DNA of 63,910 bases, filler included, from Choristocarpus tenellus KU-1152 (Eukaryota; Protista; Phaeophyceae): assembly GCA_964200185.2 (NCBI GenBank). It is 10 parts of 10 records of this genome, joined end to end, with 100 filler letters (N's around TTAATTAATTAA, not from the genome) between each part and the next. Parts side by side here need not be neighbours in the genome. Positions count along the whole stretch, not along the records: positions 1 to 6,136 come from CAXNAD020008859.1; positions 6,237 to 10,237 come from CAXNAD020016728.1; positions 10,338 to 17,797 come from CAXNAD020006118.1; 7 more parts are not named here. One strand, given 5' to 3'. Shown piece by piece: positions 1 through 12,742 of the stretch. Both the position numbers and the translations under genes were made by a program. Within the stretch, counting starts at the first letter, position 1. Each line of letters opens with the position of its first letter. Under the pieces are notes generated by a model that had not been told where the DNA came from, did no database searches, and saw nothing but the letters and a program-made list of their open reading frames with translations.

Positions 1-615
1 GGGTGGGGGGCGCCGGGTCGGCCTTCCGCCCTTCGGAAAAACGCGGCCCGCCCCCCCCCCCCCCCCCCCCCCCAGATACACTGACCCCGAATCATTCGGT
101 GAAAAATCGGATTTCCTATCGAGATAAAAGAAGAGTGTTATGATGTATACCTGTTTTACTGTTGATAGTTTTGCCCAAAAGTCGTGCCATAACGTGTGCA
201 CCCCATCGCCTTTCCATTTAAAAAGCTCTGAGCATTGCTCTGAGCTTTTGCAGCGACCACGAAAGAGATTCAATCTCCTTCATGCATTGAGCACACAGAA
301 GAGAGGAGTAGTGTTGCTAATCACAGCTATTCAACACTGCAATTCAAAAACACAAAATCGAAGATAATTGGCATCGAAAATCAAGGGGACGCATCCAATT
401 GGCTACTTCAATTGCTTGCACACCGGCTCCATGCCTCCCTGAGATTTCGTCTTCACTGATTCATGAACCGCATGCACATTTCGATTCTGATTGGATGCAG
501 AGGGATGGGCTCGTTTCGTTTTTCGGTTGGATCCGTAATCGCTCGACCCTTTGATTCACAGAGGTTGAGAAGAGGGGGTTGGTTCCAACTATCATGTACA
601 GCGCGGATGCACACC

Positions 616-829
616 GGGAAAGGAGACAACTAGAAGTTAAATAGAAGCTGTATATATTATTACCTCGTGAATTAACCAGTGCAAGATGGGAAAGGAGACA
701 ACCAGAAGTTAAATAGAAGCTGTATATATATTACTACCTCGTGAATTAACCAGTGCAAGATGGGAAAGGAGACAACCAGAAGTTAAATAGAAGCTGTATA
801 TATATTACTACCTCGTGAATTAACCAGTG
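616..829. repeat. Tandem triplication of a ~72-74 bp unit
   Basis: GGGAAAGGAGACAACCAGAAGTTAAATAGAAGCTGTATATATATTACTACCTCGTGAATTAACCAGTG occurs three times head to tail. Confidence 0.9.
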
Positions 830-961
830 GTTTCAACTGCACTGTGGTAGTACAGTACATTGAATGACTGTGCTTGAAATGTAGCATGGGTACACCTCAA
901 CATATATCAATAATAATAATAATAATAATAATAAACCAATATCAAGCGCTCCTCTTGTCAC

Positions 962-3900
962 CTCTCAATGGATGCTGTAACGCACTCTGCCAGTCCCATC
1001 TGCTTCAGGTCAATGTCAGACGGGTGAAATAGGACCTCAGGCACCATGAAACGCTCGTTGCCCATTGTCAATACCTTAAACAAAAACAAAAATAGGGAGG
1101 AGGGGGAGGAGTGAAATAACTGCATTACAGGCGGGTCTATATTTTGCAGTGCTCAACTTCAAAAGAGAGAGAGGGGGGGGAAGATCAGGGATCTTTCTGA
1201 ACTCAAGAAAAAAGTAGAACCAGGAGTCATTTCATTGGTTACCTGGTAGAAGGCGAGAGAAGGCATTCCACACAAAAAGTCAACAGTGTCTGTCACAAAC
1301 GTCTTGGGTATAGGACATCACCGGACACTGCAGATACCAAGTCGGACTATATAAACTCTGGGGCAGCAAATGAAGGTCAACACAGGGTGGCTCGGCAGTT
1401 GCATCAGTACATGCAACAGTTACATCTATTGCCATTTTGATAATGTCAAGGACATGCTTGTACTGTTTGCTACTACTACTACTGCTATTACTACCACTAC
1501 CACCACCACCACCACCACCACCACTACTCCTACTCCTACTCCTACTCCTACTCCTACTCCTACTGCTGCTATTACTACCACCACCACCACCACTACTACT
1601 ACCACTACCACTCCTACTAATATTATTACTACTACTACTACTACTACCACTACCACTCCTACTAATATTACTACCACTACTACCACTACCACTACTGCTA
1701 CTACTACTATCAATAAAATTGATTTGCTTTTGCTGTGGTTAAGCAAATACCAATGCTAAAAAGGATCAGAAAACATTTAAAGAAAAAAAAAAGCATCACA
1801 TCGAAGTGCATGCCTCAAAATACCTCAAAATACCTCTGAAAGAAAAGTTCAGTCTAGTAAGACCACCCCAGGCAACAATATATCAAAACCCGCCTCTTCC
1901 AGGTTTTCAACAGCACCAACCACCACCAGCATCTTTCTGCCCATGTGTGTCAAAACCCTAACCCTATGATATGATGGGCATTGCGTCTTCCCATGTAGTG
2001 AACCCTAACCCTAACCCTAACCCTAACCCTAACCCTATCATATCATCGCCAAGCGATTCAGAGATCGATCAGTGGTCCACTTGAGACCTCCTCATACCAT
2101 CTTTGGTCCTATCCATCTTTGGTCCTAAGTCATAGGAAAACGCTCGTATCCATCGTCAACCTGCCCATCCATACATCTCTTCATTACTTCAAACATATTT
2201 GAATCTTTTCTAAATCCAGAACATTTATCTACCGAACCGAAATCGACAAGTGAGAACATTTCCACTTGTCGATTAAGCATCATTGCTAACATTTCCACTG
2301 ACGCACCCCTCTCCGATCTCCAAGATGTTCAGGAGGGCAAACACAAGCAATCAGTCTGCTTTGAAGGACCTACTTGGCCGTGCTCCTTGTTCCTATACAC
2401 CTCACACAACAAAAGGCAATGGCCCTCAATCGTACTGTTACCCATTGAGCCAAAGTATCTTAGAGGGCAGAGCTGCGTCCATTTGGGGGTCAAAACCCAG
2501 TGTTGCAATTTCAATGTAATTTTGGCTATCGTGTTTGTTAGGAGGTGTCAACATCCTTGTTCCAAACACACCTTTTCATAACATCTACATTTTTCCTACT
2601 CCGAAATATTATGGAGTAGGAAAATGTCATAAAAACCCGAGGGAAGCCAAGCCCCAAATGGACAAACAGGGCAAAACTCGTACCCTCTAAGATGCTTTCA
2701 CTCATTCATTTTGACAGATTCGGCATGCATCAGGTAATCCCATCGCTTTTTCCCTCCATACTGTCCATTTGTCTACATAAAACTGGAAACTGACTACCCT
2801 ATACTGCTCCCTAGCACAAGAGTTGCACAGAGCATCAGCTATCAGGGCAGAACTCGGCACCCTCTCCTCTGTAACCTCACCTGCCTAGCAAATGTTACGT
2901 CACATTCGCTCCAGAACAACTTCAGTTCCACTACTTTAAGCAACTCACTCCCACACAGCAAGCCTTCTCACAAAATCGGTTCAATAGATTTTTTACTGCA
3001 GAAAAAGTGAGAAAAAAGAAAAAATGATACACAAAAAGAAAAAATGAAGGGGATTTCACCGGGCCAGGTAGTTACTATGTCCAACATCGGAACCATGGCT
3101 ACAGGGCCGACCCGTGGCCCAGTCATGCATAAACATTATATGGTCATGGACTTGGCCACGTTTAAATCTTTTTGTCCAGGGTCGACTGACAGTCCAGCTA
3201 CATCTACGTATTGACGGCTATGGACTCAGCCATGTCTGAACTTGCATGTACCAGTCCAGGGCCCGGCAGCCCGGTCATATTTTTCAAGTACTGATGGCCA
3301 TGGACCTGGCCATGGTAGATCATCTGAGCTATTACTGGATATGGGCAAAGTTCATTTGACAGACAAGTCGGTTATGCCATACGATGCAGCACACCACACA
3401 CTGGCTCTTTTCACTAAAAACAAACAAACGATTTCAGTCCAGTGATGATCAGAAAGAGGACTACTTACGCTCTTTGCAGACCACTTCACACAGTCCATGT
3501 ACGTCAGGAATCGAAGGGCTGTTTGAGTATTTTGGACACAAGTTTCAGACGCACAGGCATAGGAACCTCAAAATGAGATAAACATGTGGCTACTGCTTGG
3601 TGATGGGTATTTTAAATTATCTATTTTATTTAATAAGCCTTCTTGCAACGTACATTACTCTTTCCCATGGAGTTGCCAAACAAATGGGATGCGTCTGTTC
3701 GAGTCAGACTGGTTCAGGAGCCGGCCTGTCTGGTCAGTGGACTGGACTACCTCAACACGCACTGGACATGGTCAGGACATGACACAGTAAGTTAGACCAA
3801 CCACTGGACATGGTCAGGACATGTAAGCGAACGATAAAATAAAGTCTGGACATGGTCAATACAATGCCAGCGAACACAGACCACTACTACAATACCTACT

Positions 3901-5416
3901 GGACATGGTCAATACATGCAACACAGTGTTAGACCCAGTCCAGCCGGTAGACATGGACCAGGACCCTACCTGTCAGAAATTGTGGGACCTGTCCAACCCG
4001 CAAACGAAACCATTTTCATTTGTCAGCCCTGTGAAAGAGTCCCCGAAAACCACGGATCTATTGTACTTGTAAACCAACCAATCATACTTGCTCAAAATGT
4101 GTCCATTCAGTGGTCGGCCTCATTTGTTCTGAAACATGTGTTGTCCTTGTGGGAACCCTTCAAGTCAAGTCAGCCGCTGCTCTTGGAAAAAAAATAAATG
4201 TTAGGTCCACAACAAACTCCAAGAAGCGTCCAGTTGTGTCATTCAAGCAACGCTTACATCATTCTACCTCTTAAATCGACCATGGTATACGCTGGCACAG
4301 AACCTTTGAGTGAGAGGGAGTTCGATCTTGGAAGGCCATGCAAAATAGTGTACAGACTTTAGCTGTGCTCCCCACTGAAATTCGACGATGAAGGTCCAAT
4401 GTACAGATCTTGACAAAGTTTCTATGCATTCTTAACAAACAAACAAAAAATCGAAAACACTTATCTAACCCTAACCCTAAGTGCAAAATAACGAGTCGAA
4501 ATTTGGACGTTTGATTTCAGGTCACCATCCTTCAATGGGAAGTATAGCCGAGGCCCAGGGCGATTGTTTCTTGCCACATTTCAAGAACTAACTCCATATA
4601 CATCAAAAGGTTGATGTTTCAAAAGTTTGGCGAGAAAGGCTGCTGTACCCTCAACAGCATGCCCGTCAACAAGAGGAACGATAATAATAATAATAACAAT
4701 AATAATAATAATAATAACAATAAAGTATCCAATGAACTGATACTATGTATGGGGGAAAAATTAGCGCTCCCAGTGGACCCTCCACATTTACTACGTACGA
4801 CAAGGACTGCACATGGTGGTATCACTTCCCTAACCCTAGCACAGAACTGTATCATCATCATCATATATTATTATTATTATTATTCTCAAAACACTAAAAA
4901 TGACTTCTTAAAAAAAAAAAAACACTCATATGCACACATACCTAAGCCCTCTAGGGCATTCATTGCCTTAGCTGACGTGTGTTGTGCAATGTTTGTATAA
5001 GTGAAGTGAGTGCTTTCAGCAGGGCGCAATTGGGTGACTGATAGTGGAGGCAGCGCTCAAAGGCAGATAACATGGGACAGTGAACATTGAAAATGTACGG
5101 TGTGAGTCTCACAGTTACAGAGGTGCCATGCACTATTTTTATTTCCCCCCCCCCAAAAAAAAAATGTCGAACACGCAACCCACAATTGGCACACTCACTT
5201 GTCTGCACTATGATTGCTGTTGAAATCACCACTATTGTACATTACTCATGTGCTTAGACTATGTCATACAGCAGTTGCTTCATCCAGTGTACCTGTAGCT
5301 GGTGCTCATCAGTCTCTCCCAGATCCTCAGCCCTTCTTCTCTTTGCCCTTGCCTCATGGTCCACCTCTCTTGCATAACCCCTAACTACATTCTTGTAGTC
5401 TGGAAGAACAAACTCT
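962..5416 (-). CDS. ARP6: Actin-related protein 6, partial (exons 5293-5416 and 962-1074)
   Basis: Spliced in phase with GT-AG ends: [17 protein letters not shown]...EHQLQ|[37 protein letters not shown]. This matches the ARP6 motifs YVLPD and NERFxVPEILFxPSDI. Confidence 0.85.
1470..1710. repeat. Compound microsatellite (ACT/ACC/ACTCCT)n within an ARP6 intron
   Basis: Directly visible. It explains the poly-T, poly-V and poly-L/P ORFs. Confidence 0.95.
2447..2703 (+). mobile_element. MITE family B, copy 1
   Basis: TIRs GAGCCAAAGTATCTTAGAGGG...CCCTCTAAGATGCTTTCACTC, flanked by ATT/ATT. Four further copies in the window. Confidence 0.9.
3761..3960. repeat. Degenerate short repeats (CTGGACATGGTCA motif)
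   Basis: The motif recurs about five times with variable spacing. Probably a TE remnant. Confidence 0.6.
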
Positions 5417-6089
5417 CTTTTTTGAATATATTTTGTGTGTGCATGTGTGCGTGGGAGTGCGACAGGGTTAGGGTTAGGGTTAGGGTTAGGTCTGAATTTA
5501 GGCATGTACATGGAGAGGCAACAGGTGGGATCCAGAGTAGCTGTTACCGGGTGACTGGGTGATAAGGACTAAGCTACAAACAATTGGGGGTAGGGAAGGG
5601 GTCAGCATCTACCATAGAGCTTAGCCCGTATATTGTATTAATTGTCAATGAAAACTGGAAGAGGGCATATATCAGCTCTTGAGGTAAAGAGCTTCTTGAG
5701 AGTGTGGAAAGTTTCCAAAATCTGAATCAAGACCACAAAGCACAAGTGGGCTAGTGGAGGTGTACCTGATCGTGTCTATACCTACAAATGACCATAAGAT
5801 GCCTATTAGTAAATGATGAGGGCAGATGATGAGGGCAGATGATGAGGTAGACCATGCCAAAGACACCCCAACTGAAAAAATAAAGAAGAGAAGTGTCAAA
5901 GAGTGTCAGCACAAGGCAGATAGAGAAGAGACCTTGTAGCACTTTGAAAAAAACTCAGAAAACAACACCTGTCGTTGAATGGAATTAAATTGTTATGTGG
6001 ATAGCACCTCTATCACAAAACAAACAAAAACATAAACATGAAATTAAATATATAAAGGAGAGCATTCAAAAAAATAGAACCAACATAGT

Positions 6090-6136
6090 GGGTCAAAGTA
6101 TCTGGGGGGGGGGTGAGGGGGGGGGGTTTGTGAGGG
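6090..6136 (+). mobile_element. MITE family A end, truncated by spacer
   Basis: GGGTCAAAGTATCTGGGGGGG. A reverse-oriented end CCCCCACATACTTTGACCC lies at ~6314-6332. Confidence 0.75.
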
Positions 6137-6236
6137 NNNNNNNNNNNNNNNNNNNNNNNNNNNNNNNNNNNNNNNNNNNNTTAATTAATTAANNNNNNNN
6201 NNNNNNNNNNNNNNNNNNNNNNNNNNNNNNNNNNNN
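6137..6236. other. Artificial contig/scaffold spacer (first of nine)
   Basis: N44-TTAATTAATTAA-N44. Others at 10238-10337, 17798-17897, 25724-25823, 30070-30169, 42325-42424, 51664-51763, 56026-56125, 60640-60739. Confidence 0.98.
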
Positions 6237-8519
6237 TTTTTAGAATAGGGAAAAAAAGAAGAAAATTGAGCTTTCCAAAAAAAAAAAACTCTACGAGAGA
6301 GGTGGATCTGTTTCCCCCACATACTTTGACCCAAGGACCTCCATCGACCTCCGCTCTAACCCTAACCCTAACACCAATTTCTATACTGGGGACAGTCGAC
6401 CGATTCCTTGTCAAGAACTGCCCGTATCAACGTGGTGAGATCAACTGCATGAATGTTGGTACAAATCAAGCAAGCATCCCGCCGCACACCATTGGATTCG
6501 GTGGGGCGATTGATGTCGTATCACCCACGTTAATACTACGTTAATTCTACATCAATACTACATTTTAGTATGGCCATCGGAACAGGTACCTATTGTCGAG
6601 ATTTGTAAAAAAAAAAACATGAAGGTTACTTACTCCCACTGCTTGTAACCTCAAAAATATTAACCCACGTGAGCGTAGCGTATCCGAGACTAAAAAACCC
6701 GATCAGATGGAGGTACAACGCCTTCCGCATTTATCCACTGTACTGTCGCCTAGCATTTCGAGCAACACTTTGCATAGACTATCAGCAGAAGGCGAAAGCA
6801 ATCCCAACACTAACCCTACCACCTCCCCAATACAGAATGCTTAAAAATTCGTACCGATAGTAGGTGAGAAGGTTATTACTTTGAGCAGTGAATGATGCAT
6901 GGCATCTATTTGTGGTTGAGTACATTGAGGTATCATCGAGTATGTCCAAGTGTCGACATTCCGGGGGCATCCTCCCAGTAATATATACATTGAAACAAGT
7001 CACGATTGAGGAGCATTATTATCGTGTCAATAGGGCACATCGAGAAAACTGAACCATCAATCAGGAATCCACCATACCCGCTGGAGTAGCACACAGGACA
7101 TCCTCGAGACAATGCTAAACAGATGCGCGTGATACACGTTAGCTTCACAACCCTGCGCATATATCCTAATCCCAACACAGATCTGGGTTGACGTATATAA
7201 AGTAACCATCGATAATAGAACGAACAGCATCATTGCAAGCACGAGGGGGGAAACAACCTAACTCACGTACGCGCTCACAAACACACACACACAAGAAAAA
7301 GCATGAACCATAAGCAGAGCATGTTAAGGCGGAAAAGAGCCAACGAGATGGCCTCAGTTATGTAATCGACGTCTCTACATGGTTTTATTCAGGATAATCC
7401 GAGACAACATTTGATCATACTCTATGATCGAGGTCACTGCCCTTTGTCCCACTGACCAACACGAGGAAATCCACAACGCCACCTGACTGCATCTCTTCGA
7501 TGTGCTGGAGAATGCCTAAGGCTATCAAGCCTAGAGGAGCTCGATCCACTTCACTACTGTGGCGCAGTCTTTCCTCGGTTGCGCGTGAATTACCGAAGGA
7601 TTATCCTCTGTATCTCCGGGATATACAACAAACTGGCAAGCACATGATTTAGAAAAAGGGTGGCCTGAGAACAAACACACCTGGCACGAGTCGGCTGTGA
7701 AAGTGCAGTGATAGATATCTATCAAACTCAGCGCCAATATCTCCCTTCCCTATAGAGTTAGGATGCTCCACTACTCTCTAAGGTAGAAAGGAAAGGGCGA
7801 AGACAACCGAAAGACTTCCATTTCTTCCCAATACAGCGATAGCGGAGGGAAATGTTCTTGCTTCTTGCCAAAGTAATACGACACATCAACAGAAAATTTT
7901 CACATAGTAAATGAAAAACATTAATCACTGCTCACCTCAGCTGACTTCCGAGGTGGAGCAACAGGCAAGGCCGGCAGGCCACCCAACCCAACCTCCTCTC
8001 TTGGAACCTTCTCCTCTCCCTACACCCAGTTCTCTGTGAATGCAGCAAGAACACCCCTCCAGTCCAACTCAGTCTGACTTCCCTATGCTCCCTTACCCTG
8101 GATCCCCAGGTTTTGGGAACAGGCAAAGGCTAGTCCCACTCCTAAGCTCAACCAAAGCAATGCGTCCAAGTAACCCACCTAATCAACCTCTAATCATTGT
8201 TCAGAAGGTAAGGCAATCGTGCATCAGAATTCTGCGAGCCGCGAGCGGATAGATTCACACGTTTTTTGTATATCATACCTCAAAAGTGGAAGGTCTGTTG
8301 TGTGAAGAACTCTGCACTAAATCATCAATCAATCGCTTTCGACGTAGACAATCCCCTCACAGGGCGAGCACGTGGGCTTTCAATCTGCACCTAAAGTTTT
8401 GGTTCTGCTCGCGTAGCTGTCGTTGCGCAGACTTGAGCGGGCGGACGCGTTCAATATCCATATTCCATGCTGTCATTGTTGGAAGATCCTCAAACGACAA
8501 CTAACCTGTTTCCTCGAAT

Positions 8520-10237
8520 ATGAGCGAGATGGAGGACTTATCGTGGGGAAATCCCACCGCCAAGGCTGAGGTTAGTATATTTGAGACTCTCTGGATTCTT
8601 CTTGGGACCAGGGTCACCGTGCTGCGGCCAGGGACTGAATAGATACAGCACCCACTAAGATATTTCATTCTACAATACGCATTCCCACCCCTCCGTCATC
8701 TGTAGCAATGGTGCTTGAAAACCATGTCAAAACTCTCGCTCGCCATTGCCTATATCCAAGAATAGAAAGCAGACCAACCGGAATAAAAATTAATATCAGT
8801 GATCAACACACCTTGCTGTTTCTCTTCATGCCCGATCTAAAGGTGCAACTTTCTCCGCAACAAACCCGAGGACAACTCCCCAAGATCACGCCTAGAGTAT
8901 TTGTATATCCTCAATCCCAATGTTCTGCTCCATGTTCAGCTTCAACAACTGAATCTTGTGCCATGGGAGGACCATCGCCGTCGGCCAGAGCGCCAGTAGC
9001 GGGTACCGTGGTCGTAGATGCCTTGACAAGGCACTCACTCACTAAGTCTGTTGCGTACCCGACGAGCTCCAGATCGCGCCATTTCTTCGGTGAGGACGGC
9101 GACATCGTGAAACCTCGGGTACCAGCGTTTTCTGGCGAGGAAGGCGCTGTGATCGTAGGAGGGGGAACCATGCCAGTTACTCCACTTTCTTCTTCGGCTC
9201 CTTCCTCTAGCCCGTTGTCATCTATCCTAGGAGATTGCATAGGTCCATTGTTGGCAGCGACAGGGACGGGCACAGGACAGCCCGACTTGATGTGGTCACG
9301 CTCTCCTGCCCCACCTAAATCCCGGAGACATCCTCTTAAGCCTCTTGGAACTGCTCCACTGACCTCCTTACGTACCAAACTAAAATTGCAACATTTGCAA
9401 ACCACAGCGTCGTCCGCGGAGGAAACGACAAATGACGAAACTCCAGAAGGACCAAGTGAGCTCCTGTCAACAGAAACCAAGGACTGTTTGGTGCCCCCTA
9501 ACACACTCGCCTCTCTACGTACGACTAAATCACTTAACGTAGATGATCGTTGCTCTGATAGGTCTTCGTTCAACAAGGACTCTGTCCCAAAACACAAAGA
9601 GGGAATACGAGAGAGCCACGGGGAAGAGATCAGATCCGAAACTCTTGTACAGGGGCAGGGGGAAGGAACAACACAAGGAATACTTGCAGATGCTGCCATT
9701 TCCCCTCCAGTATATTTGTCAGGACAACAAGAGACTCAACTATGTACCTCAGGCAGAAACATCAGGCACCTCCATCCAACTGCATCAATCATGACCCAGG
9801 AGGCCCAAATTAGACTACAACAAGCTGCTGCAACACCTCAGGAGAACAATCTGTCAGGGAGGATAGAAGGAGGCGGGGGTGGTGTCCAGGGTAGTCTTTC
9901 GCCAGCATCTGGATTAGAAATAGCTCTGGGCAATGGTAATAGAGATGGTGGTGTGCTAGAGTCCCCAGGGGTTTCGTTGGAGGTGGTTGAGAGCGGGCTG
10001 ACAAAGAGCCCCCAATACTCCCCATCAGCATGCAGTACTTCAGACGCAGAGAGGGAGCTCACTGAAGAGGAGGCCATGCAGACTCTTGGAATGGTTGTGG
10101 ACACTGCAGCAGAAGCTGAGGTGGCTGATAAGGTACCCTTGTCATTTAGGAGGCAGGAGGCTGGTCCCCGTGATCTCACCCTGGTGGGGGCAGGAGTTGC
10201 ATACAGGGAGGGGGAGGGAGGGGAAGATGGCAGGGGG
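8520..10237 (+). CDS. Unknown protein, 5' part; S/P/G/E-rich, probably disordered (exons 8520-8570 and 8843->10237)
   Basis: ATG exon MSEMEDLSWGNPTAKAE|GTTAGT joins in frame at CTAAAG|GTG to a ~1.4 kb open frame that runs into the spacer. Confidence 0.65.
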
Positions 10238-11017
10238 NNNNNNNNNNNNNNNNNNNNNNNNNNNNNNNNNNNNNNNNNNNNTTAATTAATTAANNNNNNN
10301 NNNNNNNNNNNNNNNNNNNNNNNNNNNNNNNNNNNNNCCCCCCTCCACTCCTCCCATCGTCTGCATGCCGTACCCTCCAGATATTCCCTCAGAAGGGCAC
10401 AACAAGCCAGGGACGTTTGGGGGGCTTTATCGACGCCATGGTGTTTGGTTGGTTTGTGGCAGCAAGGTATATATATATAGTAAGAAATTAGGTACTGTGA
10501 CATTCCCTTCCGAATCTTCACGTATATCCGAAATGGTCCTCTCTGGTCTGTACAGAAAAAAACTCCCTGAAAAATGCTAAGTTTAAAATGGAGAATAATC
10601 AAGTTTGCGTTTTGAAGTGACTGTACTATTATAGAACAGGGGAAGACCTTGGATTTTTTTGTTCTGATGCGCAAGTGTATTTTGAATCCCGTTTTTCTTG
10701 TTTCTCACTTTATTGTTTCCTGTAAGTACAAAGAATGGTACTGCCTTGCAGAAAGAGAAAAAAAAAAATACATATTTATATTTCTTGTTGTTGTTTCATT
10801 GTTGCATTTTGTGTGCATTATGTTTATGTTTTTTTGTGGAAAAAGCACCGAAAAACCGTATGTAAGCTTCGATCGGTACCCAAAAGAGTCAACTGAAGGG
10901 GGTTAGCCCTAACCCTGTTTTCCTATCCATTGCCTTAGCACAAAAACCGGATACTGTATGACAGTGTAGTTTATTTCAAGTAGGTATTGGGTGTTGGAAT
11001 GAATGCTTTTGACATGT

Positions 11018-11304
11018 GCCCAAAAGCATCTGGGGGGGGGGGGGGGGGGGGCCACCCTGGGGTGCCCTTTTTAGAAAAAAAGGGGAAAAGATGTTTTAAA
11101 TTTTCCCCTGATNNNNGGGGGNGGGGGGGGGGGGGGGGGGGGGGGGCGGGTCTACATCAGGGTGTCCATTTCAGTCAAAATCAGGAAAAGTGCATTTACA
11201 TTATCCATCTGACGTATGCAACCAAATCACCTGAAAATCGCGACATGAAAAAGTTGCTCCCAAATGGACAGCCACCACCTCCCCCCCTTCAGATACTTTG
11301 AGCC
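11018..11304 (+). mobile_element. MITE family A (G-tract MITE)
   Basis: GCCCAAAAGCATCTG(n)...C(n)TTCAGATACTTTGAGCC. Body is homologous to the 27378 and 31271 copies. Flanks TGT/CGT. Confidence 0.85.
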
Positions 11305-12241
11305 CGTTCTACTCTTGGCCAGTGCAGCCCTTGCCCTTCCTGCTTCTCTATGACATGGTGTTGCTCTTGACTCCCCAATGAGGTGTCGCTAAATAATTCT
11401 TATTCACAGGAGTTGTGCACGTAAGAGCGTATTGAGGGTGCAATTTGTAAGAATGACACCAAAGAGGGGGTTGTGTGGGATGGGGATACTTTAGAGAGCA
11501 CCTTTAAGGCTCGACAAAATAGACGTTAAGTGTATTACCGTATTTATACCGGAATCAGCTGGTCATTAAACTCTTGTCTGGGGCATGTTAAGAATAGGGA
11601 GAGGGGACCAAGAAAACTCAGTTTCACACAGGGTCCATCCAATATGTAACACATCACTCATCATCACATATCACATGGGCAGAAGAGAGACACTCATAAG
11701 ATGCTTAAATCTGAGTATGCTTGTGCTGTATTGTGTCAGTCACAGCACAAGTATAGCATCGATCTCTAGGCCTTGGAAGAAGCAGGGTGTTGTGGTAAGG
11801 CGATTGTCATGTGGCACTTTAGCTTGCGCTAATAACAGTATAATTACAGTATAATAACAGTATAATAACAGTATACTCCGAGAGCCTCTTTACCTCGGGT
11901 TCATTGCACTGCTGCAGTTTGGTGAACATGTCAATAGCCTTTTGTGATATGCTGTTCCTAGCCCAGATCTGTGTAAGCTGTGTTGAGTGTTGAGTGGGCG
12001 TGGGGGTGGTGCTTTTAAGGCTGGTGCACTGATGTATGAATATATATATCTAGGTAAACTATGGCACGATGAGATATCGCTGGGATTGATGGGATGAGGT
12101 CCAAACGGGGACAAGGTTGTGTACTTTGATCTAGAACCACGTTTGCCTTAAGTTTCTTTTGACAAGTTTCTTTTGACATTTTCAAAGTTGCCCTCAGCAA
12201 GAAGTACTTTCTTTTTCAAAACGAAAAAATCTGGTTACACA

Positions 12242-12510
12242 GAGTAGTTGCCAAAGTATCTCAGAGGGTAGAGCCGTGTCCGTTTGGGGGCCAAAATCCA
12301 GTGTTGTGATTTTAATGTAATTTGGGGTATCGTGTTTGTTAGGAAGGTGTCAATATCCTTACTCTGGACAAACCTTTTCATAACGTACGCATTTTGCCTA
12401 CTCTGAAACATTTTGGAGTAGGAAAATGTCGTAAAAAACCTGTGGGAAGTCAAGTCCCAAACGGACACAGAGGGCAAAACTCGTACCCTAACCCTAACAT
12501 ACTTTCACTC
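12242..12510 (+). mobile_element. MITE family B, copy 2; right TIR carries (CCCTAA)2
   Basis: Homologous to 2447-2703 along its length. Flanks ACA/ACA. Confidence 0.9.
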
Positions 12511-12700
12511 ACAGTTTGGTTCTGATTCCAACAACGGATGATGGGGCAGGCTCTTGATGATGGGGTAGGCTCTATACATGCATGACCTTGGTACTCCAAA
12601 CTGCATTGTTTTCTGTGCGAGAGAGTGGTTGCCTTCGCCCTGCCCCTGTCCTTAAGGCTCCGTATGCAGGGCAAAACTTTGAGTGGGAGCGGTATTGCTT

Positions 12701-12742
<42 letters not shown>

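Noticed and set aside
616-829. ~74-bp periodic repeat as CRISPR repeat-spacer units
   Set aside because: The whole unit is repeated; a simple tandem triplication.
1370-1759. Poly-Thr, poly-Val and poly-Leu/Pro ORFs (mucin-like)
   Set aside because: By-product of a trinucleotide microsatellite inside an ARP6 intron.
2002-2035. (CCCTAA)n as a true chromosome end
   Set aside because: Short, intronic and flanked by unique sequence on both sides.
7445-8476. Possible minus-strand gene divergent from 8520
   Set aside because: Exon-like segments exist, but no consistent spliced frame or family match could be established.
8911-9699. 262-aa minus-strand ORF
   Set aside because: Antisense shadow of the longer plus-strand exon, with no motifs.
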